Assembly: GCF_038025025.1 (NCBI RefSeq)
Contig: NW_027117345.1
Coordinates: 744,001 to 808,000 of the forward strand
Source of the DNA: Phyllosticta citribraziliensis
Lineage: Eukaryota
DNA: 64,000 bases
Direction: 5' to 3'
How positions within the stretch are numbered: the stretch's first letter is position 1; each line of letters begins with the position of its first letter. Below are positions 41,401-54,194 of this stretch, one piece after another. The notes beneath the pieces were generated by a model. That model did no database searches. It saw only the letters and a program-made list of their open reading frames with translations, and was not told the DNA's origin. Position numbers and translations under genes: made by a program.

Positions 41401-44400
41401 AGGAAACTTAGTATAGTACTCTTTAATTTAATTAGAGATACTAACTATATCTAAGGTCTTATACTATATATTATCTTAGTTATATCCCTTCTACTAAACT
41501 TAATACTTTAGGGTACCTTATTTTACCTTACTATTATATATAAAGTTAACTTTATATTCTTCTTAATTCTAGTAGATAGTTAGAGGTTTAAGAATAGGGA
41601 CCTAGCCTAATAAAGAGGGATAAGCCTTTTATAAGTAGTCTATATAGAAGAGGTTTATAACCTTAGTATATACTAGGAGGTCTAGCTTATAGGAGTATCT
41701 CTTTTTCTTAATAATATAGTAGGGCCCTTAGTTCTAGGTATTAAGCTTAATACTAGGTTAGTTAGTACTTATACCTTATATAAAGATATATACCTTATTA
41801 CCTTTCTTAAAGTTAGGTTTTTACTAGAATTAATTTATAGCTTATACTATTTATTCCTAGATAAGACCTAGCTATTATTTAGCCTACTATATACTTTCTT
41901 ATATATATTTAGTAAATCTTTCTATAGTAATATAAGATAGTTTCTCTATAAGTTCTAGATATATAGTATATTTCTCCTAATTAAATAGGAAACTAGGCTA
42001 GTAGCTAAAGATTAACTTATAGGGGGATATACCTATAGATTTATATAGGAGTATAACTTATATAAAGTCTAGTACTAGGAGCCTTTCTACCTAGTTATCC
42101 TAAAAATAGTTAATATATAATTATAGGTATAGGTTAATAACCTAGTTTATAATTTTAGTAGTACTATTTATCTAAGAGTAGTAGGCTAAGGTAAGCTTCT
42201 ATTTAACTCCTATAATTATATATAGCTTATTCTAGAAATCTAAAATAAATTAGGGTCCTTAGTTAGAAACTACTAATTTAGGTATACTATATATTCTCTA
42301 GATATACTAGTAGTATAGTTAGGTAATACCCTTAGTATTAATTACCTTATAGTAGGGAAGGCTAAAGGTTTACTTATTTAACTAATCTATAAATATTAAA
42401 ATAATATTATATCTAGATTTATCCTTAGATATCTCCTTAAAGTCTATAGTAATATACTACTATACCTAGTCTAGGATTAGGAGGGGTTAGAGTAGTTCTA
42501 GCTTTTTATTATAGAAGTTTATATTTCTTTAGTATATATAGTAGGCTTTTATAATATTATTAATTTATTAAGTAATATCTAGCTAGTAGTAGTATCTTCT
42601 TACTACTTCCTAAGTTTTATTTTATCTAGTATATATAAATAAGGGTAATAAGTAAATTTTATTTACTAGCTCTATATATAATATATCTTACTTAGGAACT
42701 ATAAGTTACTCTTTAAAGAAGAGGTAGTTATTATAGAAGGTTTAATCCTTCTTATTAGGTTTATAGGCTTATATATACTATTCTTCTAATAAGGTAGACT
42801 TTTTATCTACTTCTAGTACTCTATTTAGGATTAGGAATAAGCTACTAAAAGTAATATTAAAGGTATTTAGGTTAAGGATCTAGTCTTTAGCTACTAGTTA
42901 TATTATATACCTAGTAATACTCTTATTCTTCTAAATTTATAGCTCTTCTTATTTCTAAATAAGAGTATTAATAATAATATTATCTCTTCCTAGCCTATAT
43001 ATAAATTTAATATAGTATTTAGTAAGTTTCTCTAACTATTAGGCTTATTAAGTATTAAGTTAGTATTTAATAGAGAAGTATTTAAGTACCTAGTAATTAG
43101 TAATAGCTATAAATAGCTAATTTAGGCCTAGGAGTATACTTCTCTATTCTTTAAATCTATATATAATAGTAAGGAACTCCTTATTATAGATTTTATACTA
43201 GAGTTCTATATCTAATATTAATTTAAAGTAGAAAGTTATAGGTCTCTATTCTCTAGTTTCTTAATATTATAATAGGACTCTAGCTACTACTCTATTATTT
43301 ATATCTATTTCTATATATATAACTAGTCTAGAATTATAATATACTATTATTAAGGAGCTAGTTATTATCTTCTTTAGTTATTAGAATATCTAGACCTTAA
43401 AATTATTAAGGGTATAAAATTTCTATTTAAAGTAGAGTTTCTCTAGTAGTCTAGCTATTCTATTATATTTAGGGATAAAGTTTTAGTAGAAATTATAAAA
43501 CCTTAGAAAGGCTTAAAGTCCTTTAAGGGTTATTAGTAGGTTCTATTTATATATAGTAGATATCTTATCTAGATCTATAGAAATTCTATTAGTAGAGATA
43601 ATATATCCTAAAAACTTTATATAGATAATAGAGAATTTAGATTTTTTAATATCTACCTATAAATTAATATATTATAGTTATTTAAGTACCTTCTTAACCT
43701 ACTACTTATATTCTTAAGGGTTCTTTAAGATAATAAGTAGGTTATTATCTATAAAAGTAATAATAAAATTATCTAGGTATAGTATAAGTTCTTTATTAAT
43801 AAAGTACTAGAATAAGGTAGGACTATTATAGAGCCTAAAGAGGAGTATAATATACTTAAAATATCTATACTATATATAGAAGGTTATTAGGTCCTAGGAT
43901 TCTAGATCTATAAGAATTTAGTAAAATACTTATTAAATATCTAGCTTAATATATACTTTACCTTTAGTAATTCTTTAGAGAATTTCTTAGATAAGAGGTA
44001 GAAGGTATAGGTCTTTCTTAGTATAGGTATTTAAATATTAGTAATTTATATAGAATCTCTAGTTACTACTACCCTTCTAGACTATAAGAATTAGTAATAT
44101 ATATAGTATAGTACTTTTAACTATAAAGCCTTTTTTAAGATTTTTAAGGATATACTTCTTTATAGCTTATAGTTATTCTATTATTATTCTATATAAGGGG
44201 CTTAGAGAGAGGGAAAAGGGTTTATTTCTATTAATAATAATCTTATAATTAATACCTAGCTAGTATAGGGGTAGGGTATCTAATTATTATTTAAAAAAGA
44301 TATCTTAGTATTCCTTATACTATAGTAGGAGGTATTTATTAAGGAATTATATAGTTTCTTTATCTTCTTTAAGTAAAGTAAGTTCTTAAATTCTTATATT

Positions 44401-47394
44401 AACTTCTTAAAGAGTAATAACTTAGACTTCTAAAATTTTATTTTATATAAAAAGAGAGTTTAAAGGAATAAATAAAGAGTTAATTCTTAAATTATCTATT
44501 TTCTCTTTTATATCTTTTTAGACTTTTTCTCTTCTTTTTAGGTCTTTTTAATATATTTCTAAGATTTTTCCTTATTAGTATACTATTAAATAAACTAGGA
44601 GAAGTATTTTTTTATATATAGATAGAGCTTTATTATCTTAGCTAAAAAGCTTATATTTTTTATAATCTAGTAAAAGATTATTCTAAGAAAAGAAATATTT
44701 CCTAAATATAAGATTATTATAGCTAATTATTATAATAAAGGCCTATATTTTATATATTTTTTAGTTAAAGGTAATAGTAAGGAAATAGGTATACTTTAAT
44801 TTAATAGCTACTTATCTATTAAATCTTAAGGCCTTAAGTATACCCCTAGTAATTTTATATTTATATATACTAAGGGTATTAAGGTATTATATAAATTATA
44901 GATAGATAAAGTAGGTCTTAAGAGTACTAATATTAATTAGTACTTTAATATAGAGAGCTTTCTTATTCTTATAGATCTTAGTAGGTATAGTAAAGGCTTA
45001 TCCTCCTATAAAATTATTAATTCTAATATTTATATCTTTAAACTAGAGGGTCTTAATTATTATCTCTAAAATAGATCTAGAGTTTAGAGAAGGGAGTTTT
45101 CTAAGTTACTACTCTTAAAGAATTTTTCTAGTTTAAGTATTAGCTTATCTTCTTTAGGCTATATATCTATTTCTTTAATAGAAACTATATAATTTTATAC
45201 CTAGTATCTCTTTTTCCTATAATTATAGTAGGTATCCTTTCTATTATTATTAATAGGCTTCTTAGGTTCCTTAGATTTAGTAGTATATAAGGAAGTACTA
45301 GTATAACTAGATTTCTTAGAAGTAATAGAGCTAATACTAGCCTTCTTTCTAGAATATTCCTCTTATTATTATTTAGCTTTAGATTTACTTACTTATATAT
45401 ATAAAGCTTAATAGTCCTTTAGGTTATATATAATAGTAGATACCTTATTAATATAGTCCTAGAATTTAATATAGTTATTATCCTTATAGAGTATTATATA
45501 TATTTTTAATTAAGGGTTTAAAGAGGTATAAAACTCTTCCTTCTATTAAGACTAGGGTAGGTCTATATTAAGGGCTAGAGCTATAAATTTAGTAATATAT
45601 AATTAGAAATTATTATTAATATAGAAGTAGAGGTATTAAAGGCTATCCTTAGCTTTCTTTCTTTTAAAGGGATTATTAAACTTATCCCCTAAAAAGGTAT
45701 ATAAATTAGTATTAGTAATAAGTAATTATTCTTTTTTTTTAGTATTAAGGAATAGAAGAAGGTAATTAGCTACTTTATTATTTATTCTAAATATAATATA
45801 TACTATAATTACTATCTTAGTATCTATAGGGTTATTTAAAATAAATTAATTATAGTTAGTCTAAATTTTATTCTTAACTTAATAGAGCTAGATCTAGTAC
45901 TTAGGTACTTTTCTATTTATAAGGAGAGGTAGATCTAGGATTTTAATATAGTACTTCTAAATAGGCTAGCTAATAGTAGTATAAACTAAATTATAGGAGA
46001 ATATAGTTTCTTTATAAGATAAGTATTTATAGTAGGTTTATTCTTTAATAATTTTATCTATTATATAGACTAATAGGATTATTAAAATCTTATTCCTATA
46101 GTAGTCTATAAACTATTTATAATAGGAGATTACTCCTTCTATAGTAGCTACTTAATACTTCTTATTAAAGAGTAATTTAATAACCTCTACCTTATAAGTT
46201 TTATTATACTAACTCTTACTAGCCTCCTTAGATCTTAAAAGTTTATTAAAGAGTTTAAGAATAACTTCTATATAGGGCCCCTATTCTATTACTATCTTAA
46301 GTAGCTTTAAATTATCTAAATTAACTTTATAAATTTATAAAGGGATAAGATTCTCCTCTAGTTTTAAAGAAGAATTATTAAGGTTTCCTTCTATTTATAT
46401 AGAAGGAATTAAAGGAGTTATAAAAGTTAATCTTATTACTCTATCCTCTTAACTAGATTCTAGATTAGTTATAATTAACTAATTCTTAATTTAGTCTAAT
46501 CTATATAGTATAACCTTATTATTTATAAGGGTTTTAAAGTAGGAGACTACCTATATTCTCTTTATATACTAATCTCTATTTCTTATATAAAGTAGCTCTA
46601 GCTATATACCTAAGGGTCCTCTAGACTTATAGGGGTATCTACTAGTATTTATACTATAAGACTTAGAATAGGGCTTAGCTAACTAGTATAGGTATAATTC
46701 TTAGAATATATATCTAGTATTTTTAGTAGGGGATATTTTAGACCTTTCTAAGTATTAGAAGAGTTAGTATAAGAAAAGATATAGTAACTTAATAATCTTT
46801 ATTTTTCTATTATAGGCTAATAGATTATCTAATTAATAGGCTAGTTTAAAATAATTATCTATCTAATACTAAGGTATATAAGTATAGGAGATAAAGCTAA
46901 ATAAGAAGGCTATATAATAAGGTATAAGTTAAATTAATAGGGAGTCTACTTAGGAGTATTAATTATAAGAAAATAAAGATAGCTATCTATAGTATTTATA
47001 TAATAAGATCCTTTTTATATTTTATTACCTAACTTATCTTAAGAATTATAATAGAAAGAAGGTAGGTACTATAAGAGAAGAGACCTTATTTTAATCTTAA
47101 ATTATATAGTAGTTTACTAGCTTATTAGTAGTAATATACTTTTTAAAACTAACTACTTAGCTAAGTCCCTATTATAGGTATAGGAGGTTCTATTCTTATT
47201 TCTATTATTATATTAGTAATATATATATAGGTATTAGGGTTAAAGTATCTAAGTAGCTATAGCTCTTAAGGAGTTAGGTAACTTTAGTATATATAGCTTA
47301 TAGTTATAGCTAGTAGTTATAGTATAGGTATACCTAGTACTTAATACTAAGTAGTATTTAATATAATTATAGGTTTTTTTACTAACCTATAATA
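38490..47394 (-). mobile_element. Chromovirus element D, full length (8.9 kb), 587-bp LTRs, inserted in the C1 3' LTR
   Basis: LTRs 38490-39076 and 46808-47394; TSD GATAA at 38485-38489 and 47395-47399; PPT complement (C-run) from 39080; RT relic YLDNFII at ~43760-43780; chromodomain (EEY.V.FI....LKY.V.WKGY) at ~41480-41565. Confidence 0.95.
39432..41209 (+). pseudogene. RIP-inactivated antisense spliced gene in D encoding a DUF3716-like Cys6 domain (~556 aa)
   Basis: Exons 39432-39513, 39569-40047 and 40100-41209 join in frame (1671 nt); introns GTAAGT...TACTAAT...TAG of 55 and 52 nt; de-RIPed MASFTPIN start, KGKGRA motif, and AIQ..G......C..C.........PF.SCR.VPGSFGG.CGNCKWD....CS at 40235-40402; Ser/Pro-rich tail. 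Confidence 0.8.
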
Positions 47395-47837
47395 GATAAA
47401 CCTAGTATTATATAGTTATAAGAAGTATAAGCCTTACCTTAGGTAGTAACTAGCTACTATAGCCTAGTACTAGCTACTATAGCCTAATACTAGCTACTAT
47501 AGCCCTAGGTAGATATAGTATAATAGCCTATTAATACCTTACCTTTATAACTTACCTAATAATAACTAAGGACCCTTATATAAAGGATAAGAGGTAGAAT
47601 AGTATAAAGAGAAGGCTAGGGAATATATAGGTAGTAAGTATCTTTTATATTTTATTCTTTTAACTTATTAGATTTAATTAAGATATATATATATTTTCTA
47701 GTAGTTTACCTTTAGCCCTTACCTGCGTAATAAGAAATCTATAAGTTATAATATTAGCTAACCCTATACCTTAGTATCCTTATAGGCCTTATACCTACTC
47801 TACTACCTATCTACTCTATCTATATCGATTTATCTTA

Positions 47838-48797
47838 GATACTATAAAATATAAGTAGTATATGCCGTGTCGTATAATAGTTAGTAATAATCTTTAAGTA
47901 AGATAGAGTCTCTTACTATAGTACTACTCTATATAATAGTCCTAGTAGATACTACTAGTAGGAATAGCTCTCTAAGTAAGTAGTAATTAAGATAGATTAT
48001 AAATAATACTATATAATAGGATAGTAGTATATAAGGATTTCTAACTACTAGTATAGCTTATAGCTATACCTATAGGAGATAAGAGACTTAAAGAGGTATT
48101 AGGGTTAGTTTCTATCTTATATAGCTCTTTTAAGCCTTTATATAACTATTAGTTTACTAGATTATACCTAATTTAGCTAGGATAATTATATATTTTAGTA
48201 GGGGGCCTAGGATATAGCTAAGATAGATAGTAACCTTTTATAAGTTATATAGTAATTAGAAGTAGTAATAGAGAAAGATAATATAGTAATAAAGCTAGAC
48301 TAATAATTATACTTTATAACTATATAGAATACCTAAATTACTAAATAGTACTACTATATATTATAAGTCCATACCTATATAAGCGCCTATAGCTACTAAT
48401 TCTTATAATTTTAGCTTCTCTTTAGGGGGGGGGTATATTATAATAGGTATTATATACCTATATAAATACTAAAACTAGTATAGATAAACCTAGTATTATA
48501 TAGTTATAAAATACTAGCTATAGCTTAGGCTAATACTAGCTACTATAGCTTTAGGCTAATATATTATAATAACCTATTAATACCTTACCTTTAGATTAAT
48601 CTAATATTAACTATTAACCCTTATATAAGGGATAAGAGATAAGTAGATATAAAGGAAAGGTTAAGAAATAGATAGGAAGTAAGTATCTTTTATATTCTAT
48701 TCTTTTAACTTATTTAATAAAGATATATATATATATATTCTCTAGTAGTTTACCTTTAGCCCTAACCTATAAAATAAGAAACTTATAAGTTATAATA
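47838..48797 (+). mobile_element. 3' remnant of a diverged C-family element (C2) with 3' LTR 48436-48797
   Basis: 47880-48435 aligns with C1 ~37865-38436; G-run PPT at 48424-48433; LTR begins and ends like the C1 LTR but is shorter (362 bp). Confidence 0.85.
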
Positions 48798-49165
48798 TAT
48801 ATATACTTATATAGGTATATCTACTAGTATACTTACTACCTACTATTATAATAGTAAACTATAGACTTAGTATTAACTAAGTAGAAATATATACTTAGTA
48901 TAGAGTACTATCTTATAGCTATAGTTTTTCTATAACCTCTTTTTAGTTTCTAATTTTTTAAACTAGTAATATAAGACTTATAGAACTTAGTAGTCTTAAT
49001 ACTTAAGAATATACTTTACTAAGTAACAGTGCCTAGTATTATAGCATGTGAAGATAGAAGAGCTAGAGGAACATAGATAGGTATTAGAACATAAGATACT
49101 AAATTCTTTACGAACATGTACAACTCAATCCATCCAACTAACCACATCGACTAAACCCCTCGACC

Positions 49166-51801
49166 TTAGTTCCCAGAGCCAAGGTCCATAACACCACCCT
49201 TGCCGATGTCCATACCGTATGGTGCGCGTGGTTGGAGCGGGCTTCCACCAGAACCACCGCGCTTGCGAGCCTTCGGCCTGAAATCGTAGCTTCCAAGACT
49301 GGGAGGCAAGTCGTCAACGCTGGTACCCCACGTACTCTCAGTCTTGCCCAGGGTAAGAACGAGCTCTTTACCTTCAGTGAAGAAGGAATGGTCGAGCCAG
49401 TTCTTCGTGTACGGCTGCCCGTCCAGGGTGGCGTTCTGAATGTAGATAGCTTCGTACTTTGGGTCAAAGTTGATGTTTCGGATCGTAGCAGTTCGGTTCG
49501 TGGTTGGGTTTGTAATGTTGACGCTCTCAAAGAAGGGCGGGGTGATGAGGTACACATTCTGGCCGGGCATGACAAGCGTACCCATCATACAGAAGGCCAC
49601 GTAGGCACCCAGAGTTCCAGAATCGTCATTGCCTGGAAGGCCGTCGTAGGTGATACCAAACGAGCGAGGGATGTAGTAGTGAACGCGACGCGCAGACTCT
49701 GCAGGTCTTCCAGCGTAATGGAATTGATAGACTGTGAGGAAGGAAGGCTCGTTTCCAATGTATGTGATATTTTGGTCGTGAAGGTAGTTAAGTCGACGCA
49801 CGTACTCGGTTGGCCCACCAAGCGTGCTGATCAAAGTGGCCTGGTCGTGAGGAACATAGAACATGTACTCCCAGATGCTCGATTCATATGACTCCACCGA
49901 GTTAACTTGCAGCGAGCAAGACCTGCCCTGGACAGGATCGACAAGCGAACAAGCCAAAGGATCCTGGAAACCAAACGTGCCGTTCAGATAACGTGGCTGG
50001 TAGAAGCCCGTGAAGCCGGTATTAGAGCCGTTGCCGAAGTTCGACGTCTGTGTATTCTTGAACAAATTCCGCCAATTGCCGCTTCGGTCCCGGTACTTCG
50101 TGACGTCAATGTCGCGACCACCCGCGGCACGAGCAAATTCCGAGATGCAGAAGTCGTTGTAAGAATATTCGAGGGTTCGCGAGATACTTCGCGTGAAGGT
50201 TCCGAAACCCTTAAAGTCAAAATCTTCGACGGGAATGTAACCAAGCCTCTTCCAGCTATCAAGGCCGCCGCGACCCTGGCAGCACCAGTCGTATGGCTCT
50301 TCTTCAGCATCCTTAACGATGGCCTTGTAACCGTCGTCCCAGTTTATGCCGGACGTGAGACCCTTCAAGTAGCCGTCGGTCAACACCACATCCGCGTTGG
50401 AACCACCTAGTCAAGGCTCAGTAAAGTGCGATGAGCAAGCTGGCTCGGGAGACAAACCTTGAGTGTAACCCTTGGTTAGGGTCATGCGACAATCTGGCAG
50501 CCAGCCAACGTAGCGGTAGGTGTCGATGAGGGATCGAATCATCCTTTCTACTTGACTAGGGTCAACTAGAGTAAGGAATGGAAGCTGGGATCGGAACTGA
50601 TCCCAGAGACAGTAGAATGAGTCAAAGTACGGCTCGTCACTCTGCCATAGTGGGTTCTCTCCCGTGTAGTCCTGAGGGTTGACAAACGTCCGGTAGATGC
50701 CACTGTAGAAATTGACCAACAAGTCTCGGCTGACGCCGTTGGTCGACGCAGAGATAGGGCTGAGTTTGGCTCGCCATTCGTCAACTCCTTGATTTTGAGT
50801 CGTCTGGAAGTCGAAGTCGGGGATCTCGCGTTCGGCGCTCTGACAAGCTTGGTTCTCACTGATCAAGCTAAGTCCAATTCGGGCCAAAACTTCGCCTGAC
50901 TGAGTAAAGCGCGTGAAGCCACCGCCGGGAAGCGGGTAACCGTTGATGCCCTTGGAGATGGTCAACTCCTTGACGTCCGCACTCGCTCTGCTGTTGACAA
51001 AAATTCCATTGTCTCGAATACCGCCGCTTCTGTAATCGGCGCAGAAGTATGCAACATAGCTTCCCTGTCCGAAGCTAGCGTTAAAGCGGGCATTGCCTGT
51101 CATTCGTCCAGTAGAACCATCGACTCGAATGGTGCCGTTGTCGCCTCGCGAGTCTTGCAGGTCTGTCAGGTCCAAGAGCAACATCGGGCTCCTCGCATTG
51201 ATGCTAGCATCGGGTTGTGGAAACTTGAACCGGAAGAGTGATGCGTGCACTGCAGATGTCATGTCGACTGTAACACCATTCTCAAGTTGAACTGAAAAAA
51301 AGTTTGGCGAGGCCTTGACCGTATCGTTGCGATATTTCAACTTTCTGGCTTTTTTGGGGAACTTGCAATTGTTGATGTCGTCTTGTGGACACCCGGGCTC
51401 CGGGAAAAAGGCGAAGAGACCGAGAGAAGGGGAGCCTCCAGTGCCAGAATCGTGCATGGCTGAGAATCCAGTAACGTTTGATCCATCAGAAACGAACCCG
51501 CCTTGATTGAGCTGACTGTCTGTGTCGGGACAGGCTTTGGCCATTCCTGACATCCAATCAGCAACTATCCTTGCGCCTCTGCAATTATCGTATCCTTTCG
51601 AGCTTACCGTACGGTCTCGTTGCGCCCACGAAGACGTTGCCTGGGTCATATTAGCGATAGTCGGAGCCAGAAAAAGAATGACAAACCTCCGTTCAGGGAA
51701 CCAATCAGCTGATTGACATATTGGAGAATGTCGTCGCCGAGCTGTGCGCTGGTGGGGACGACCGTAAGGGCCACCAGCAGAAGTTGAAAGGCTGTTTTCA
51801 T
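49166..51801 (-). CDS. Secreted glycoside hydrolase family 92 alpha-1,2-mannosidase
   Basis: Exons 51801-51687, 51640-51608, 51546-50458 and 50406-49166 with GT-AG introns; signal peptide MKTAFQLLLVALTVVPTSA; GH92 motifs HDSGTGG, TQGGSNAD, YESSIWEY, GNEPSF, PGNDDSG. Confidence 0.95.
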
Positions 51802-52919
51802 ACCGCCGGGCACGTCAGGATTCTTCGGCGAGGAAAGCAGTCGATTGCCTTTTCACTGCACACGAGGACGACAGCATAGAATTTAAGCACACATATAACC
51901 ATCCAGCCTTGTGTGCGGGGTTAATTTCCCATCCCCTAGCCATGGACAAAGAAAGTAATGGCCTTCAAAATGGCAGGGCGGGATGGGAGTGCCAAGGAGG
52001 CACCTAAAGCGTGAACATGCATATCGTTGGTTCTACAGCAGAAGTTGAATTAGGAAGGTTCTCTTCGGGAGGATTTTTGCAGCCGTGAAGCTCTTGAGCT
52101 AGGGATCCTGCCAGACTAGCGGCTCCAAGCGAGACGAAGAGCCTGGGGAAACGACATGGGTTGGCTTGGAAACGGGCTGGCTGCTAGAGCAAAAGGGAAA
52201 TTACAGTTATAGCCAGTCGGAGGCGATGAAACGGGACAATAAACCAGTAACGAAGCTTTGCCCAAGACTGTGAGTCGGAAGAGTGCGGATGGATAAAGAA
52301 GATGGCTGGCGTGAGGTAGGCTTGGTGAAGTGTTGGGTCGCTTTCGTTGGCATTGGTCGACATTGCCAGGACATGAATTACGAACTACGAAGAAGCGGGT
52401 AAGCGTCCGTGTTTGTCGTGCCGTTGAAGCAGCTGTCGTGCACGTCATCCAAAAGACTAAAATGAGAATTGAGGACGGCGACGGGAGGCGGAGCAGCAGT
52501 AGCGTCGCTGTTTACCTATGCCCAGGCCGGCAACCTTTTTTGTTTTTGATCCCCAAGCTTCGCCTGCTCTATCGACGTTATGGTTAAAGGTTGTCGTCCA
52601 CACCGCCAACTTTGACCTTGTGCCGTCAAGGTAAGCTTGGGCTCCCGAGCCCGTCGACACTGACAAGCCGTAAAGCCAATCTTCGTCAAACTTTTTCCAC
52701 CCGCCGTAGAAGTTCACAGTCTCTCAAGAACACAAGGGACGCACAGACGGATCTGCCGTCCATCTCCCGCAGCCATCCCAGACTGGTGGTTTTTGCGCAA
52801 CAACGCCCCCTTACTGTCCCCTTGTTGCACACTTCTCCGAGAGACAAACACAAGTCGCGTTTAGTGACCGTTGTGTTCTTACTGCGCCCGTGAACATGAC
52901 ATAGCTCCCGCTTGCTCTT

Positions 52920-53987
52920 TTACAATGCCAACTTCCTCGCGATCGCATCTGCAATTTCCCCAAATACCCTTGCTCTTACACTGTCCGGCTCCGCCACCAC
53001 AGTTGGACAGCCACGATCAGCATCTGCACATATTGTCGGATGCAGTGGAACACTTCCCAACAGCTCGGTCCCGAGCTCTGAGAAGCGCTCACGCATGTGG
53101 GTGGCACCTTTGGCTGAAGCAAAGATTGGCGTTTCTGTGTTGCAATGCGGGCAGTGGAACATGGCCATGTTTTCCACAAAGCCCGTGATGGGGACGTTGA
53201 CTTTGCGAAACATGTTGATGCCCTTGACAGCATCTCGGAGGGCGATATCCTGGGGCGTGGATACAATAACGGCGCCATCAAGCTCAATCTGCTGGGTGAT
53301 GGTGAGCTGGACATCTCCAGTGCCTGGTGGTAGATCGAGCACGAGCACATCGAGACCGCCCCATTCCACTTCGTGGAGCAGCTGCTGCAATGCTTTCATG
53401 ACCATCAGCCCGCGCCAGACGACCGGAGCATCCTCGCCGACTAAATAGCCCATGGACATGGACTTGACACCGTAATTGGACAGAGGGACCAGTTGGTTAT
53501 CTTGGGATCAGGTCAGACGATGGCGAAGTGGCCAAGATGGCTCCCGTGCGTAACTAACTTGCGGACAGCCTGGGTTCTTCAGAGAGGTTGAAGAGAGTAG
53601 GGATAGATGGCCCAAAGATGTCGGTGTCGAGAATGCCGCTCCGCAGACCGCGACGGGCGAACGAGAGGGCAAGGTTTGCTTTGGATGCGGTCAACAAAAG
53701 CGGTCACAAGGTTCAATTGAGAAAGCCAACCTGATATCGTTGACTTTCCGACCCCTCCCTTGGCCGAAGAAACGGCAATCACTTTGCCAACATCACGGAC
53801 TCGCCGCTTCTGAGGGAGACCTCGTTGCATCCGGGGAAGCTGTGGCGGTGCGCCGGAGCGCGGCAGGCCCTGCGGAAGTTGTTATTACAAACCCAGCACC
53901 CCACCCCGTGAGTACTGTTGGCCGTGGACTTACCAATGGATTTTCATGCCTCAGCGATCTCAATGTCGAAAAAAAGCGCTCGCGCAT
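52920..53987 (-). CDS. IND1: Mrp/NBP35-family mitochondrial Fe-S P-loop NTPase (Ind1/NUBPL)
   Basis: Exons 53987-53934, 53869-53731, 53678-53559 and 53500-52920; [11 protein letters not shown]-loop, [34 protein letters not shown]-terminal [18 protein letters not shown] resembles a mitochondrial presequence. Confidence 0.92.
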
Positions 53988-54194
53988 GACGGTGTGAGGT
54001 TGTTTCGGTGTGTGGCGTCGTGATGATGGAGGAGCCAGCCCAGTGCTGTGCCGGCCGAACGCCCCGCCGCCCAAGGAGGAAGGAAGGAAAGGCCCGACCG
54101 CGGCCGCTCGGACCCTAGCAGTCCCATTCGCCGTCCCAGAAATTTTGTGGTCGCAACAAAACACCAAGCCCACGCGCCAGCCATTGCACCCGAC

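Larger units (their letters stand above)
26420..47753 (+). mobile_element. Chromovirus element C1, 407-bp LTRs, containing nested A3 and D; RT/RNase H deleted
   Basis: 5' LTR 26420-26826 (TGTTATAA...TTATAA[C>T]A); 3' LTR 38437-38489 plus 47400-47753; TSD TTAGC at 26415-26419 and 47754-47758; G-run PPT at ~38427-38434; gag/protease ~27000-29196; integrase and chromodomain 35246-~36550. Confidence 0.92.
20304..47837 (-). mobile_element. Chromovirus element B (~6.2 kb own sequence: 20304-26419 plus 47759-47837), 5' LTR split by C1
   Basis: 3' LTR 20304-20504 (first ~5 bp displaced by A2) followed by PPT complement ctacccctctcccc; 5' LTR ~26293-26419 resuming at 47759-47837; RT relic YLNNILIYS at ~23195-23225; chromodomain relic (EEW.V.EVLD.R...F.V.W.GY) at ~20600-20760. 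Confidence 0.9.
1..49100. other. AT-rich RIP-degenerated transposon isochore
   Basis: Near absence of CA/TG/CG and saturation with TA dinucleotides; no ORFs in the track; composed of recognisable LTR element relics; abrupt switch to GC-balanced DNA at ~49,100. Confidence 0.97.

Noticed and set aside
1..49100. Organellar DNA or AT-rich bacterial contamination
   Set aside because: The TpA excess with CpA/CpG loss plus LTR, TSD and RT relics identify RIPed nuclear retrotransposons contiguous with intron-containing fungal genes.
1..49100. Intact effector gene hidden in a GC island of the AT block
   Set aside because: All GC-retaining patches are short and coincide with element junctions; no intact ORF is present.
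52457..52717. 86-aa minus-strand ORF between GH92 and IND1
   Set aside because: No ATG start, recognisable domain or clear splice structure; at most a degraded relic.
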